Notes: generated by a model from the sequence alone, not told the origin. 64,000 nucleotides of DNA from Diadema antillarum (GCF_040938485.1 NW_027270929.1:2790001-2854000); one strand, 5' to 3'; counted from the first letter of the stretch, positions 33,119-47,117 are shown. Translations and numbers: made by a program.

Positions 33119-33248
33119 TCGGGCAATAATGTATAGCTCTACTGTCGGAATATGGTCAGTTGACTAAATTTGCTTACCTACCACACTTATGTTTGCATTG
33201 ATATGAACGCCAAGTCACAAAATACGGCAAATACAGCTGTATTATTAC

Positions 33249-33520
33249 CATAAGTTTCTACCTCTACCGAAGATCCTCCGACAGACGTAGACAGAGAGAA
33301 GGGACATCTGAGACCTGCTGCTGCCTACAGCTACCATCCGATTGGCACACGCCGCGCCGCGGCGCCGGTACGGTGCGCCTCGATGCAAGCCGCGACGGCG
33401 CGCCGCGCCACGCGCGGCGCCGCGTGCCAATCGGATGTGAAGGCAGCAGCGGCGGCACAATCAACATCGCGGCATAATTCATCATGGCCACCAAGTTGAA
33501 GTGTTGTATGCACGTCGTCG
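33249..33520 (-). promoter_or_regulatory. ALKBH4 CpG-rich promoter / probable non-coding first exon
   Basis: Very GC/CpG-rich. Two inverted CCAAT boxes (33341-33345, 33427-33431). Candidate minus-strand donor GTAATA at 33248. Confidence 0.55.
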
Positions 33521-35884
33521 GGGGAAAGAGTTCAGCACAATCTAATTTGACGGCATTTTCGTCCAGTTCGTGGTTGAAATTTGTATAGATTGTGCCGAAA
33601 GGTGGAGAAAATTGTCTGGCTTTTACGGAGAAACAGCAGCAATGAAAAGCATACCAAAATATTGTGAATTGAGCTCTCTGTTATTTTTAAACATTTGACT
33701 TTGGTTTGTGTGCATGACCATTTAAGCCTAATAATGTGAAGATTTGCAAACTGCATGCTTCTTCTTTGTTGACAATGTTTTCCAAGGTAACATATTTTTT
33801 TTTTCAATGAAAATCCTACGATTGACCAGTGGATTTTGCTAACTCCCATAATTATTGAGCATTTGACATGAAAATTGGCACATCTGGCTGTTGTAGTACA
33901 ATATTATTGTATTTACATGTAAATGAGCAAACTGTATATTTTGTCAGTGTTGAGTGATGCATTGCCATGGCAACAGCATTTTTTGATAAAAAGCATACAT
34001 AAAATATTCCAGTTTGTCATAACTCTCTCTGTTTTTTGAGCATTTGTCTTGATATTTGGTACATGTGAACACTATACTTCAGGTGTGAAAAAAAAAACAC
34101 ATCCTTTGTTAATGTAACAGTGCATTGCCATGGTTAGGTGCCTACAACATTCATCAGGTTTTTTTTCAATAAAGAATATAATGTACAAAAATATTGTGAT
34201 TTGAGCTAACCTCCTTAATTTTTGAGCATTTAAGATTAATTTTGCATATGAAACCATTGTAGTTTCGAGAGGTGCAAAAACAAATCTTTTGTAAATGTTG
34301 AACAATGCATTGCAAGTTTAGTATTGATTACATTCAGTTATAAAGTTTTAGAGTTATTCTGAAAGCAAATAAATGGTTCACACTTCGAGTAGTTTTTATC
34401 ATAGGTATTCCTCATTTTCTTTATTTGGTTGTATTATCATCTGATCTGGTCTGAACTTCTTATCCACTCTCCGTTTCTCATTCACAAACACAGACTTACC
34501 GTCTTCAGGGTTTAACAGCCAAGCAAGCTTGCTTCTATGTAGGTCCCGTCACACTTCCCTATACAACCCGCACAGTAACATAATCATGATTTCTTATGAG
34601 ATGTACAATGTATAATATCATTTATCTATTTTTTTTTTTTTTTGGGGGGGGGGGGGGGTTATCATTGACAAGGTGCAAGAATTTGTGCTACAGTATTATT
34701 TTTGATGGACACTTTTGTAACCTGATATAAAAAGTATGATATAAATTGAAACTAGAGCTGAAACTGCCTGACATTTCCTATAATATGCAGTCATTTTTTA
34801 TTCGTTCCTTATGTTTTTACTGGATATGATTTGTGTGGGTTTTTTGTCATTTCTTCTTTAACTTACCAAGGTCCTATCATCTTTTCCTTATGTTTGGTCG
34901 AAATGATGTATACATTGAACCGGAGGTTGTACGGAAGGTTTTGGATTAGTGTAGCTGATGATGTTCATTTGTTTTATGATTAATGAAATGTTGAGAAAGG
35001 AGAGGAGATTGAATTAGATTAGAGTAAGATTTGTGTGTGTGTGTGTGTGTGTGTGTGTATCATATTTCATCCGGTGATTATGGATGAATAATTTGCAGGA
35101 TTTTGTATATTGTGCCTGAAAGATAGGGAAATAAATCATCCATATCAGTTTTTGTTGTGTTCATAGTTAAAGATAAAGATAATGGGTTGAATGTATGAAA
35201 ATTGATGTTGATATATGCTGTTTTTCTGTCTTATAATGTTGGCAAAAAAGGTGCCTCTCCTATGTTTAATATGTCTTTAGAATGTTGTTCATGTAATTGT
35301 GTCTTGTATATTTTTCTGTTTTGTAAAAAGCTTGTGAACAAAACAAATATCCATGATATGGACAATAAAGACTGAAATAAGGTGAATTTTATCTTTTATT
35401 CCGTCATTATTTCTCTATTTCTACCTGACTCTTCCCTTCCATATTTCCTTCTACAATGTATCCTTTCCCATGTATCTTATTTTCATTCCTCTTCTCTTTC
35501 TGTCTTGTGCTTTTGTTGTTGCTGTTGTTGTTGAGATCAGTGTCTCGCGAATTTCCTTTAGTTTTTCCTGAGCTGATATGACATGCTTGAAAAATCTACT
35601 GTGACATACTGCGTCACGAAATGTTGCGTTATGCGAGAGAAAAGTTGCGACATTTAAATAATGCGTCGATGTGACATTGTTTTGATACAGTTTGGTTTCA
35701 TTTATCTATTCTCTGTGTGGCATCAATTACAATTCTTTTTTAGTGATATAGGCCTAATCAAGCATGATATGCACATAATACATTATGATAATGTAGTTAG
35801 TTTCTACAAAACACACTACTTTAGCCTCTGACCATTCGAGCATTGAGAATTTAGGGTTTCTGGGACGAACACTGAATTAGGGCT

Positions 35885-35945
35885 TTCTATAGCTCATAGA
35901 GCACCGGGCTAGCATCCGGAGGCCTCGGGGTCGAATCCCAATGGA
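35885..35945 (+). mobile_element. Decayed tRNA-derived SINE head
   Basis: A-box-like TAGCTCA--TAGAGC (D-loop partly deleted) and B-box-like GGGTCGAATCCC. No acceptor stem, so not a tRNA gene. Confidence 0.6.
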
Positions 35946-38900
35946 ATATCCTTTTCTTTGCTCATTTTTCCACTAATGAATTAGTTTCTACAATGTCAAC
36001 AATTTTCATTTCACAAACATCTGTGACATAATCCCAGTACATGTGTTATGAATTACCACGCTTGCCAATATTAAGCTATAACTAAGCTTGACCCTTTGAC
36101 AACCGATGCGTCGCTGCGACATAATCGCTTGTAACCGAGGCTCTTTTTCAGTCACCAATTTTATTTCAGCAACAAAACGACAACAAAACGAGGACATCAA
36201 ATGAACTTCGAGTGAATCTGGAAGTGAAATGATCCAGACCAATTTCATTGCATGACACTTGTTATTTGAATACTGTAAAATGAGGAGTGTTCGCGTGTTA
36301 TCGATCGCTTGTGGTGTGTCACAGAGGATCACGGATCAGCAGTCACCGAGATGTCGCTCAATGAAGCATGAGCGGCATCATCTGTATAACGCCCTCAACG
36401 CCTACAGTGTTGCATTATATCTCGACGTTATAATTATATTTTGTTTCTTTTTTGTTTCTTTTCTTTTCTGGAGGGGTACTTTTGGAATATTCTGCTTGCC
36501 TGATCTGTCTGTGTTTTGTTTCCTTTTCTTTTCTATTGTTTTCATTTGTTGTGCATTGTTGTCGTCTAGACGCTATCGGTCTAAAAGACATCAGTTCTTG
36601 TTACAGAAAGCGTATTGGTGGAGCCAAGGAGGTATGTTCTCTCATACCTCCTTGGTGGAGCCAACATCGTTGCCTCTTTACCGCACAAGTTTCGGCTGCT
36701 ATATCTCGATATAAACTTGTGATTGGATTGCGTGTGATACGTTTTTTTTCCCGATGAGTGTGACTCTGTGAGCTCACTGAGATTACTACATGTATAACGC
36801 AACAGCAGGAAACCCCGAGCTCCCAGTATCGTGCCTGGTGCTGCTAAAACTGTGCCATGACTAATCAGCGGATCACGGGCCGGAGGCTTGGGGGGCTCCC
36901 TCCCCCGTGATTTCTCAGCAGTCGTGACTTGCGGTCATGTCACGTGCGTCTACGGGAAAAGGGGTTACGCTTTCGGCACTATACTTCGTCTACCAAGGGG
37001 GAACTTGCGAGCTTCACTCTTTGTAGGGTTATCTGGGCAATGCGAAACTACCCCCTCCCCCTAAAAATTTCATCGTTTTATCAGACATGATTATGAACTA
37101 ATTGGCGCAATGGTGCACATTATATTACAATAATTCTGTCAGTTATTTCTTCGGGTATAGTGGTGCAAGTTGATATAATTATGGTGCATGTCAATGGTTG
37201 ATTTCGAACTCTCACTTTTGAATTTCAATGACGATTATCGTCCTTTCGTTCGAGATACTACAGATAGGCCTTCATTGCGTTCAGACTGATTATCATGAGA
37301 TGTGAGTTCATTTAGTCGAGAATGGTCCATGACAAACTACGAACAAATTTGTTACAGAGAATATGAATAATAATTATTCAAAACACTAATAAACTAACAA
37401 TGCGCAAAGTCGTTGATAGTTGCACGACCATACACTCTATAACCAAACGATTTAGGTCATGCGATGCCTGTTAAACCAAAATTTTGATATACCAGTAGAT
37501 CATAATTATTGTTATTAATGTAACCATGCACGTAACAAGAGAGTCCTGCGAAATTCTCTTTCTTGGTTGTGATTTAATATCCTTTCGTTAGGACTTCCTT
37601 GTAACATTTGATATCAAGATGAACTGGAACTGAATGTTTGTTGCAACTGTAAAAGTGAAGGTCCGAAAAGTAACTGTAATGCATGGAATGTTAAAGTTTT
37701 AATCTCTAAGAAATCATGTAGGACTACATTTCCTTATTAAACTCCATTCCTGTCTTGAACATGAAAAGTTCTCGATCCCCCCCCCCCCCCCCACACACAC
37801 ACAAAGACGAAAGAATTCACAAAAGGAGAGGCTATTATACATAGCTGTTCGTGTCTTATTGACTGAAAAATAAAGAGCCATGTGTCCCAAAGATCATCCC
37901 ATCTCCACATGCAAAGAAGGGAATAAATCAGGCGATATCAAGTTTGATCACAAGATGAGTTCATAATAGTCAATTTGAGATATTTGCAATTAAACCTACA
38001 GAGAAAACAAAACATGTGATATTCTTAATCATAAGTTCAAGACATTCCTTAATATGCAACAACTGAGGTATTAGTTTGAAAGGTCTGATAATGTTTTAAA
38101 ATGGCGCGTAGGGCCTATCCGGTTTTGGGATCAAATTTTTCAGATGTATATACAGATGAAAACATTAGACCCCATATTGTGTGCTAAGTAAGCGTACTGC
38201 TGGCAGGTATCGAGTTGTTTGTGTTTTTCCCATCACTTCCTTTGGGGAGATGTAACGATGAAAAAAAAATGCTTATAAACCATTCGGCATTCCTCCTGTT
38301 CTTATCATTGTAGCAATTGTGAGAGAGGCGCGAATGTTGTGAACAATGGGTTGAAATTGGCTCGTCGGTACAATGGCCATGCACTAAAGCAATATTCTTA
38401 TGGCATCGCTTAGTGGACGTACATGAAGATGGCACGTTGTCGCGTGTATGAGTCCATCACAAAACGTGACGCGTTAACGGTTTAATAACCGCAAGACCTT
38501 CACACTTCCTTGCCCGGCTATTACGCTTCGACGACAGAACGGCTTTATTCTGATCAAACCCGAACATCCTATACTGCACTTCAGCTGTGAGCGTCTCGCC
38601 GCCTGTTATAGGTAAAATGAAAGAGTAATATCATCCCAAAATTAGAATCACGAGCTATCAACCTCGACGTACGAAACGCCGTCATCCCGTCCCTCATGCC
38701 TCGTTAATCCGCCATGATGGTGTCAACACTCAAGACAGTGACGAAGGTTTGTCTTATTAGTTAAAGACGCCCGTCATTCGGGAATATAGGTTCTCTCCCA
38801 TGCTCCAGCATGTTCTGTGGTAACGTGTCCCGTTGAAGATGCTCAAAGAATTAATAATGACAATTAATTTGAAGTAGCAGCAACACACAAAACAGACACA

Positions 38901-39049
38901 GAAACAAAACAAACAACAGAAAGATTTGTGAAACATTTTGGTGAAAGTTCGTTGGATATCGGACAGTCCATTGAAACAGGTGGAGTTTTCAATTTTCTAA
39001 GTTTTAGTCCATCCACTTTCTACCCTTTCTATAGTTAACAGCTATAGAA

Positions 39050-40105
39050 CAACTGATGACGTCATAGGAATACAAGTCTTTGTAAAAGAAGCTCCACAAA
39101 AATCTTCATTGATATGAAAGGTGCCTTGAAAAGTTACTGAGATATCTTGTATGTGAATACAAATCGTAATTGTGATCCATGCCCTCTGATGGAAGAGAAG
39201 CGAGGTTAAAATCAACTGCTTTTTGGGTAGGCCTACTAGAAATATTTTAGTGAAAGTTCGCCTTTTCTTTATAACGCATTATTCTTTTACGTGTGACGTC
39301 AAGTGTTCCTGTAGAGTTTCCATCTACAGAGGACGGCACGTAATAACCAAAACCTTAAAATTCCACAATTTTTGAACGAATTCTCCGACTTTTCCCAAAC
39401 TGTGTCTGATGTGATTCACAAGTTCGTGTATTTTTTGTTTTGTTCATTCATTCATTCATTCATTCATTCATTCATTCATTCATTCATTCATTCATTCATT
39501 CATTTCCATATCAAAACATAACATTAACAAATATCAAAACACAATTGCCTTGGTAAATTTATACATTTTGAATGGAGGGATCATAGAGGCTTGTTGGAAA
39601 TGATCCCCTACAAACAATTGTCAATACATTTCAACTAAACAATAATCATGATCATACAAATTCAATTGATAAAGCAAAGGTGAAGGATACAATGAAAAGA
39701 GAAGAAAAGAGGCAGAGGTGGAAACAATGCATACTTATACTTACAATTTCAGATACATTTCATCAAAAATATATTTTTATAAAGCCTTTTAAATTGACGT
39801 AAGGTCTTACTACTCTTGACTGTTGGAGGAAGAGTATTCCAAAGAATAGGGCCATGGTAAAAAATATGGAGGATTGAGTTTTTGAAATCCGGTTTGATGG
39901 TGTGTGAATATTTTGGGCATTCCTGATAATCTTTATGTGTGAATGGAACAATTCGAAGTGAAATGGTTGTGACTCATACTTCAGAAAGAACATTTTTGGA
40001 AACTTTGTTTTGTGTTGTTTTTTTTATTTTCCAAAATTCACTGAATGTAATAGTTTGTTTGTTTGGGTGGTTTGTTTTTTTTGTATTTGGCGTAGTGCCC
40101 CTTTA
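39050..40105. mobile_element. Kolobok-like host repeat into which the LINE inserted
   Basis: Right end GTAGTGCCCCT|TTAA near 40100. 39050-39420 resembles 13930-14230 and 62700-62850. Left end not identified. Confidence 0.4.
39443..39995 (-). mobile_element. 5'-truncated CR1/L2-group (Crack/Daphne-like) LINE 3' end
   Basis: Minus-strand RT C-terminus NIHTPSNRISKTQSSIF/YHGPILWNTLPPTVKSSKTLRQFKRLYKNIFL (1-nt frameshift in a T run), 3' UTR stem GGGATCAT/ATGATCCC, and (GAAT)n tail at 39443-39504. Confidence 0.82.
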
Positions 40106-41003
40106 AGAATGATTGCGTCCCGACTAGGGGCACGAAGCAAGGCGTCTTGGCCTTACGCTTCTCAGCACCTCATTATAATGTGCGCGTGGCAAGCGAGCGA
40201 GGGCAGCGTGGCATTCTCATTATCACTCGCGCGTTTGGGTTTAAGGGGCTTTACGAACAAATCAATGTCATCACGTGAAATGGAAGTGACGTTCTTCCAA
40301 TGTGGTGGTGGTGTTGCGTCGTTGTTCTGGGGGTATTGTATACAAAGAATCTAAGTCGATCTTAAAAGATAAGATCCACTTGAAATTATGGTATCTAATG
40401 TTACTGGTTTCCCTGTTCAGTTTTATCAGCCTTCCAACATCTACTTTAAATTGTTAACAAAATTTTGAAGACAAATCATTTCTTCTATTTCGCATATTCT
40501 TTGCTGCATGAAAAAGCCTCAAAATTTTAATTTATATTTGGATGTTAGAATATCATTGGCACACAGCACACCACAATTTTAAGTTGATCTTAACTTTCAA
40601 GATCGACTTATAGATTCTTCTTGAAACACCCCTTGGGGGCAGTAGTAATGATGGGCACACTTTTTTCGTAATGCTCATAACATTTCTCACAGGTCTAGTC
40701 GTGCACAAAGTATAGTCCAAATTATTGATTTTAACCACCCAGTATGTGTGACGAATCTCATTACCTTATGTCGAGAATTATTCGGGGAAATGTACAGGTG
40801 CGAATCTTCATATTTCAAAATGCTGATTATCATAGTTTTAACACGTGGGATATTCGAGGCATAATTTACCAGTATTCATGTTGTACTGTATATTTTGTTC
40901 CTCCGAGCTGAGAAAGTGATACACGAACACACGGAAACAAACAAGTGAAGGAACAATGTCATTTTGTTTTTTATTTTTTATTTGTTTTCGGTGTTTTGTT
41001 TGA

Positions 41004-41131
41004 NNNNNNNNNNNNNNNNNNNNNNNNNNNNNNNNNNNNNNNNNNNNNNNNNNNNNNNNNNNNNNNNNNNNNNNNNNNNNNNNNNNNNNNNNNNNNNNNN
41101 NNNNNNNNNNNNNNNNNNNNNNNNNNNNNNN
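41004..41131. other. Assembly gap (N)
   Basis: Run of N. Confidence 1.
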
Positions 41132-43769
41132 ACAAATAGAAAAGAGATGGAGCGACCAATCAAGTGCCAGCTTCGAAATTCTAGATGGAGAACGTTCACC
41201 AATCAGAGGAGTTCATTGAGTCAGGATGGTCTTCTGAAGGCTTCTTGTTGCGCAATTGGACATAAAACTGCCCGGGTTGAAATTGTGGTGTCTTTTTTTT
41301 TTACCCAATACGCCTGGGACCTACGCAGCATATTGTATAACCTATAATGAGTGCATGAGTGATTGCTTTACAATGAGATGTGTATGTGTTATTCATTAAT
41401 TTGTATTGAGTGAGACATTTATTATGCATTATTATTACAATTTTTCTGTTGCTGAGCGATAAGAATATGCTTCCTATGCGTCACGACTAATTTGATGTAA
41501 CCAGAGGAGACTATTTCACCTGATCGTATACATGGAGTCACGAAGAGTGCGAGCTAATAAAAGTACATGTAGGTCTATAACACATGAGATTCCAAGTTCG
41601 AATCAGGTCAAGTCCTTATACGTTCCATTATATTATAAGGTTTACCCATGATATTTCTCTCGACCCCAGGCGTAAAATGGGTGCGCCTTGGCCCCATTCC
41701 ATGTTATAAAGTTGCTATAATGATAGCATAAAATATAGCTCTTGTTGGAATAGCCATGGTGGTGACGAAAAGAGTCCAGCTTCCTGATTGACTGATTCTA
41801 CGGAAAGTTGTTGTTAATTCTGGCAAGAGTTGCTATCCTAGCACCCTTTATGAAATTAAGTAATGGGGCCCTGGCAATGCTGGAGGAATGATAACGGCAG
41901 CTATAGGTCCTCTGAAAGTGCAGTGCCAGCAATGGAGATGCTACCTTGGTAAGCTCATATTATTATCATTATATCATATTACTAGGCATGATACCTGTCA
42001 CGGCGCACGTGAAACAGGAGGACACAAGGAACTCATCCATGATCAAGGACCACAGAGGACTACCTTGGTCGGCCGGTATAGAACGCCAGGCTGTTGGTCA
42101 TGAGCTGATATTCCAGCATCTTTTATGCAACATGCAAGCAAAGATGTCGACTCTTATAGGCCTATATACAACATTAATTCTATGAAGGTGTTCCAACTTT
42201 CCGTAAAGGCAATTTTGTTTTCGGAGCAAAAGATATCGTTCACTATTTATACAAGGTACGACGGTAAACATTATCTCAATAGTCATAATCTTCATAAAAC
42301 TGTTAAGATTATGAGATGATGCTACAGGGTTGATTCCCTTCATTTATTTATCAGTCGTGTTGGTGTTTCTTTCTTTTTTTCTTTTCCAAAGCACAAAAAC
42401 TGATATCCACAAATACTAACAAGTTCTGTTAAGCAAACCTAATCTCCAGTGGCAGTGTCTCTTTTTGCAGATCGCCAGACATCCGTAACGTTAGATAAAT
42501 GGCGAGACTTATTATATGGTTCAGACTTTGCCCCCATCTTTTGGCTATATAGACTTTGGACCAGGAGTGGGTTTAAACGTACGTGTGTGATTAATGCGGG
42601 ATGAGTGATTAGGGCTCACTAGGTTAGCATTGATATCGAGTATATCAAGAATGTATCCATGGATGTATGTAAGAATGTATAGAATAGACTAAAGCACAAC
42701 AGAGACATTAAAAACGCAAGCATATACTTGTATGATGATAATATATATTTTCCGTAAGAAGAAAATTACGGGAAAAGGAAAGCGAAAACAAAAGTTTAGG
42801 TAAAAATGTGAAATTGAGATTTTTCTCATGTGGTGAAATACGCCAGGACGAATGTATTGAGTAATAAAAACTTGATTACCTTATCAGTGATAGACATTTA
42901 CACTCTTTTGTAACTTTCCACCATGCCAAACCCTCGATTGGAAACCAATATTTCGGCGAACACTGTGATAATTTATTAAAGCCAATTAGTTCTATAGATG
43001 TAGTCACAATGGAAACCTTTTCACGAATGTTTTGAGCCCTCTATTTATACGGATATTCAAAACGCTAAACTTTGAATTGATAAAGCTCGTTTAAGATCAT
43101 GAAATATTGTGCGTATGTATAGATTTCTGAAACAAACAGTCCTGGAATCGACTGGTTTTTAGTAACAGCACGGCACTCAGATAGATTAGTTTGACTTTAT
43201 TTACTCCTTAAGACAACATCAGTCCCAGCTCCTACCCGAAGTCTATAAGGGTATATCCCTCTCAGCCCCACTACCGCTACTAAACTTGTCACTTAAATTG
43301 TATTATAGTATGACCGTTTGCGAAGTGTAATAAAATAGTTAATTCATAGATGGACATGGGAAGCATTCAGACAACACTCTTTCATGGAGTTATAGGCAGG
43401 TGTTTACATTGCTGAGGGTGTGGTCCGTGAAGGTTGGCTCGTTCAAAAACTTTGTGCACCGGTCCAAAGCTCACTGCAAACACACAGATTAACAATCCGC
43501 ATAATGGCCTGTCGTGAATGGCATTATTATCGTTGAACTTTTGCTCGCTATAGGGGTAAGCGCGAGTACGTTGTGGACAGATTAATGAGCACGGCGCAGT
43601 GAGGGCCAACACTTCAAAACGCCACTTAGTATCATTGTGTACATTACGTTCCGATGCGTTGCCGATAGAACGACGGAGTTGAAGGAATTTGCAAAACCTC
43701 TCCAACTTAAACAATTAGCGACACAATGCACAATATCACAAACATTCACTCACGCACGCACAAGCACAC

Positions 43770-43772
<3 letters not shown>

Positions 43773-43825
<53 letters not shown>

Positions 43826-43836
43826 ACATACACACA
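43773..43836. repeat. (AC)n microsatellite
   Basis: Directly visible. Confidence 0.95.
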
Positions 43837-44894
43837 TACCCAGACTTGCTCAATTCGAGAGGAAAAGGGAGATGTTGAAGAAAAGAGAAAGGAGAAGAAA
43901 GGTGGCATAGGTTTATTGTTTATATCACAAGAACGCATTATATACCGCTCGTGGACGCAAAGAAATGATTGCCTTTCCATGCTTGGCTTTGGGAGAATTA
44001 TTCAGTCTCGAAATCTAGTAATTTTTGCTTACTGTATCATCTTGCAAATGCATAGTCATGCCAAGAAAGAAAATAGATTAAAACTGTATGATAATCTGTT
44101 TCGCGCTGACATATTCATTTTAAACTTCGCTACTACGCAACAGAGATGGATTAAAACACACACTGTGATGTCTCAAGTTCGGTTGTATTAGTTTAAGCAC
44201 GATCTATGAGTGAATGATCATGTAGGCCTATACGTACCGTTCATAGATTTTTTTTCATCAACGTAGCCTGGCATATAACTCGTCACTCAGTATGAAGTAT
44301 AGATTTCTATAATATATATAGTCACTTCTCGATTTTGCTGGATAGCATGTCATTTTCACAACAATGATATTCATCATTTCCGGAAGCTGCTAAACAACAT
44401 CAACCCGACTGAACTATCATTTGCCAAAATATGAGATATGTCGCTCGCTACCGCAATTATATTGGCGTTGCACTAATGAAATGGCATTCACCAAAATTCT
44501 ATTGTACTGGCATACAGTTATATGGAGTCAACCATTCGTAACCATGCACAATGCGTTTGTGCCACTCCTGGTTTATAAGGCACCCTTTTTTCATGACCAA
44601 ACGCACATGAGTCTATTGATGCAAAGTCGTTCATTTTTTTATGTTTTTGCTCCAATAAGAACTCTGCAATCGCAACGCCCTCACGAATTCTGTTGACTGT
44701 GTCTCGCAGCTCCTAAAAAAAATGTGTTTTTCAAGGAACGACCTTTTCGTTTGTTTGCTTCTTGTTTATTTTTTTCTACTCATTGGCAACTTTACATTTT
44801 CATTGTACAATGTACATTATATTTAATTTGCGTTACATTGATGTTATTCTTTAGAAATACGGTTGGCTTGTTAAATCGTTTTGTAACTGGTGAT

Positions 44895-45107
44895 NNNNNN
44901 NNNNNNNNNNNNNNNNNNNNNNNNNNNNNNNNNNNNNNNNNNNNNNNNNNNNNNNNNNNNNNNNNNNNNNNNNNNNNNNNNNNNNNNNNNNNNNNNNNNN
45001 NNNNNNNNNNNNNNNNNNNNNNNNNNNNNNNNNNNNNNNNNNNNNNNNNNNNNNNNNNNNNNNNNNNNNNNNNNNNNNNNNNNNNNNNNNNNNNNNNNNN
45101 NNNNNNN
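44895..45107. other. Assembly gap (N)
   Basis: Run of N. Confidence 1.
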
Positions 45108-46051
45108 GGGAGGAATAAATTACAGGACCTATGCAGCTGAATGTGAACCATTATTGCTAAGATGTCAAACTACAACAGCACAATAATGTTCATAATCATA
45201 CATGATTTTTGTCTTCGAATTTACTCAGCCTTTCATTAATCGACAGAAACAGAGCGCTGAAAATAAGAAAATAATATTGTTTTGACAGATGCGTATACCT
45301 ACCGGCAAAAGTAGTGACATATTTATAGATGGAAATATTTTTATGGGGTTTCTCAACGTTGCCAATAGAAAAGAGAGGGTATGAACCGAGTAAACTAGAA
45401 CAGTAAGAATAATGGTTGCTTTCGTTCCGCCTATTGACATTCCCGAGCTACTTAACTGGTGCGGGGTCCTATAGGTGTTTTGTGAACAGACAAAGGTAAG
45501 AAGAGAAAAGCTAGTGATATAAATAGGAAGAGGGCATTTACAATGCAGTGATTCCAGATTGCGTTCAATTCAGTTTGACCGTTAACCGCACACTATGACT
45601 GAGGAATCGCCAGCTCCGAACGCATTATGTACTCAAGAGCTTTGTAGGCTGCTGTGTGTACACTTGTGTGTAGCTTGCTGCACTGAACGTGCGCCGCTTC
45701 GTTGAGCGTACGAATGTGTTGGCGGAGACTCATCCGCAGTGGATGCAGCGAAGATAGCAGTTGTTTCAGTAGACGTAGAGTCAGTGTGTGCTATGGTTGT
45801 TTCGAAGAAGGGGCATTGTCTGTTATGACGATTCCCACCCAGTTGGCTGTCTTGGATCATTTCTGGATTTTAAACGCTACATCTTGGGGCTGCGACTGAT
45901 CATTTGATAGACAAAGGGAGTTACTCTGGTGTTAAGTTCCTCTACATTTTTTTTCGTTCTTCTTCATGACGGGGATAGTGTATATATCATAACCTATGTT
46001 CAACGCCGATCTCGACTGCAGGTAGCAGACAGTTATCGAGACGCGGTCACC

Positions 46052-46553
46052 ATGTCGCGTTTCAATCAGAGCGGCAGCAATGCGCGGCCGCGTCCTCCTC
46101 CAAGTCTCAGTACTACTAGCAGACGCCTTGGCAGCTCATTCCCGCTGCAGCTGCCGAAGTTTTCCCGCCTTCGCCGACACCCGGCGACTATTTTACGAAC
46201 TACAATGCTCGTCATAGTTTTAGCGCTTCCAGCCTATGTATTTCTCAGTTACAATGCCCCCGGGAACGACAGCGGTGCCGACAGATTCGACGTCCAGTAT
46301 GCCGGCGGGAATGTTGCCCTGCCTAAAAGGCCAGGATCATTACCTGGCCATATTCACTCGAAGGAGACTAACGCAAATCCGGGACCAGACCGGGACAACA
46401 GCCAGCAAGGTGTCCTGAGGAGCTTACGGGGTGCTGCCTTGGCCGCAGTAGAACAGGGCCATGATCAAACTCTTGTTAAAAGCGACGGGATCAAAGTCGA
46501 AAACAGGACTGCGCGAGATGTGATAAAGTGGAGAATGTATGGTGGCGTAAATG
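46052..46553 (+). CDS. First (or near-first) coding exon of a type II single-pass membrane protein, probably a Golgi glycosyl/sulfotransferase-like enzyme
   Basis: 167 codons: basic cytosolic N-tail, hydrophobic anchor TILRTTMLVIVLALPAYVFLSY, polar stem with N-glycosylation sequons (NDS, NRT). Good Kozak context caccATGt, perfect donor G|GTAAGT (phase 1), GC-rich codon usage. No catalytic domain is seen, so the family is not assigned. Confidence 0.75.
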
Positions 46554-46884
46554 GTAAGTGGTCGTGTCATCTACGGATCGCTGGTACCGCATAATGACTT
46601 GCATTATGGGACATTGGGTGTGTATAATTATAGAATCAGAACTCCTGTGCCCATGAATCATTTTTCTGGCAGGTCAATCAGTGGGAGCTGGCGATGCTGG
46701 ATTGGAGATATTTAACAGTTGTATTCCCGAGGAAAAGAAAAAACTTCTTATCAGCCACAAGATAGCAGATATCTGTCTACAGTAATGTGTTACACACGCA
46801 CACAAACACATACAAACACACACATACTAGTTTACATTTGCGGGTATCTATACATTATCTTTTTTAGATGTTATTATTATATAT

Positions 46885-46890
<6 letters not shown>

Positions 46891-46942
<52 letters not shown>
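46891..46942. repeat. (AT)n microsatellite
   Basis: Directly visible. Confidence 0.95.
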
Positions 46943-46944
<2 letters not shown>

Positions 46945-46989
46945 GTGCGCTTTCCTCGCCAGGATAAAGCGTTCTTAGTCTATAATGCC

Positions 46990-47117
46990 NNNNNNNNNNN
47001 NNNNNNNNNNNNNNNNNNNNNNNNNNNNNNNNNNNNNNNNNNNNNNNNNNNNNNNNNNNNNNNNNNNNNNNNNNNNNNNNNNNNNNNNNNNNNNNNNNNN
47101 NNNNNNNNNNNNNNNNN
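46990..47117. other. Assembly gap (N)
   Basis: Run of N. Confidence 1.

Noticed and set aside
33245-33513. Three overlapping minus-strand Arg/Ala-rich ORFs as an ALKBH4 N-terminal extension
   Set aside because: They arise from GC-rich palindromic promoter DNA, and the candidate donor at 33248 joins out of frame with ALKBH4.
33961-33974. Near-perfect X-box ATTGCCATGGCAAC
   Set aside because: Lies in repeat-like AT-rich DNA with a second degenerate copy near 34123; probably part of a dispersed repeat rather than a selected site.
35885-35945. tRNA gene
   Set aside because: D-arm truncated and no acceptor stem; better explained as a SINE head.
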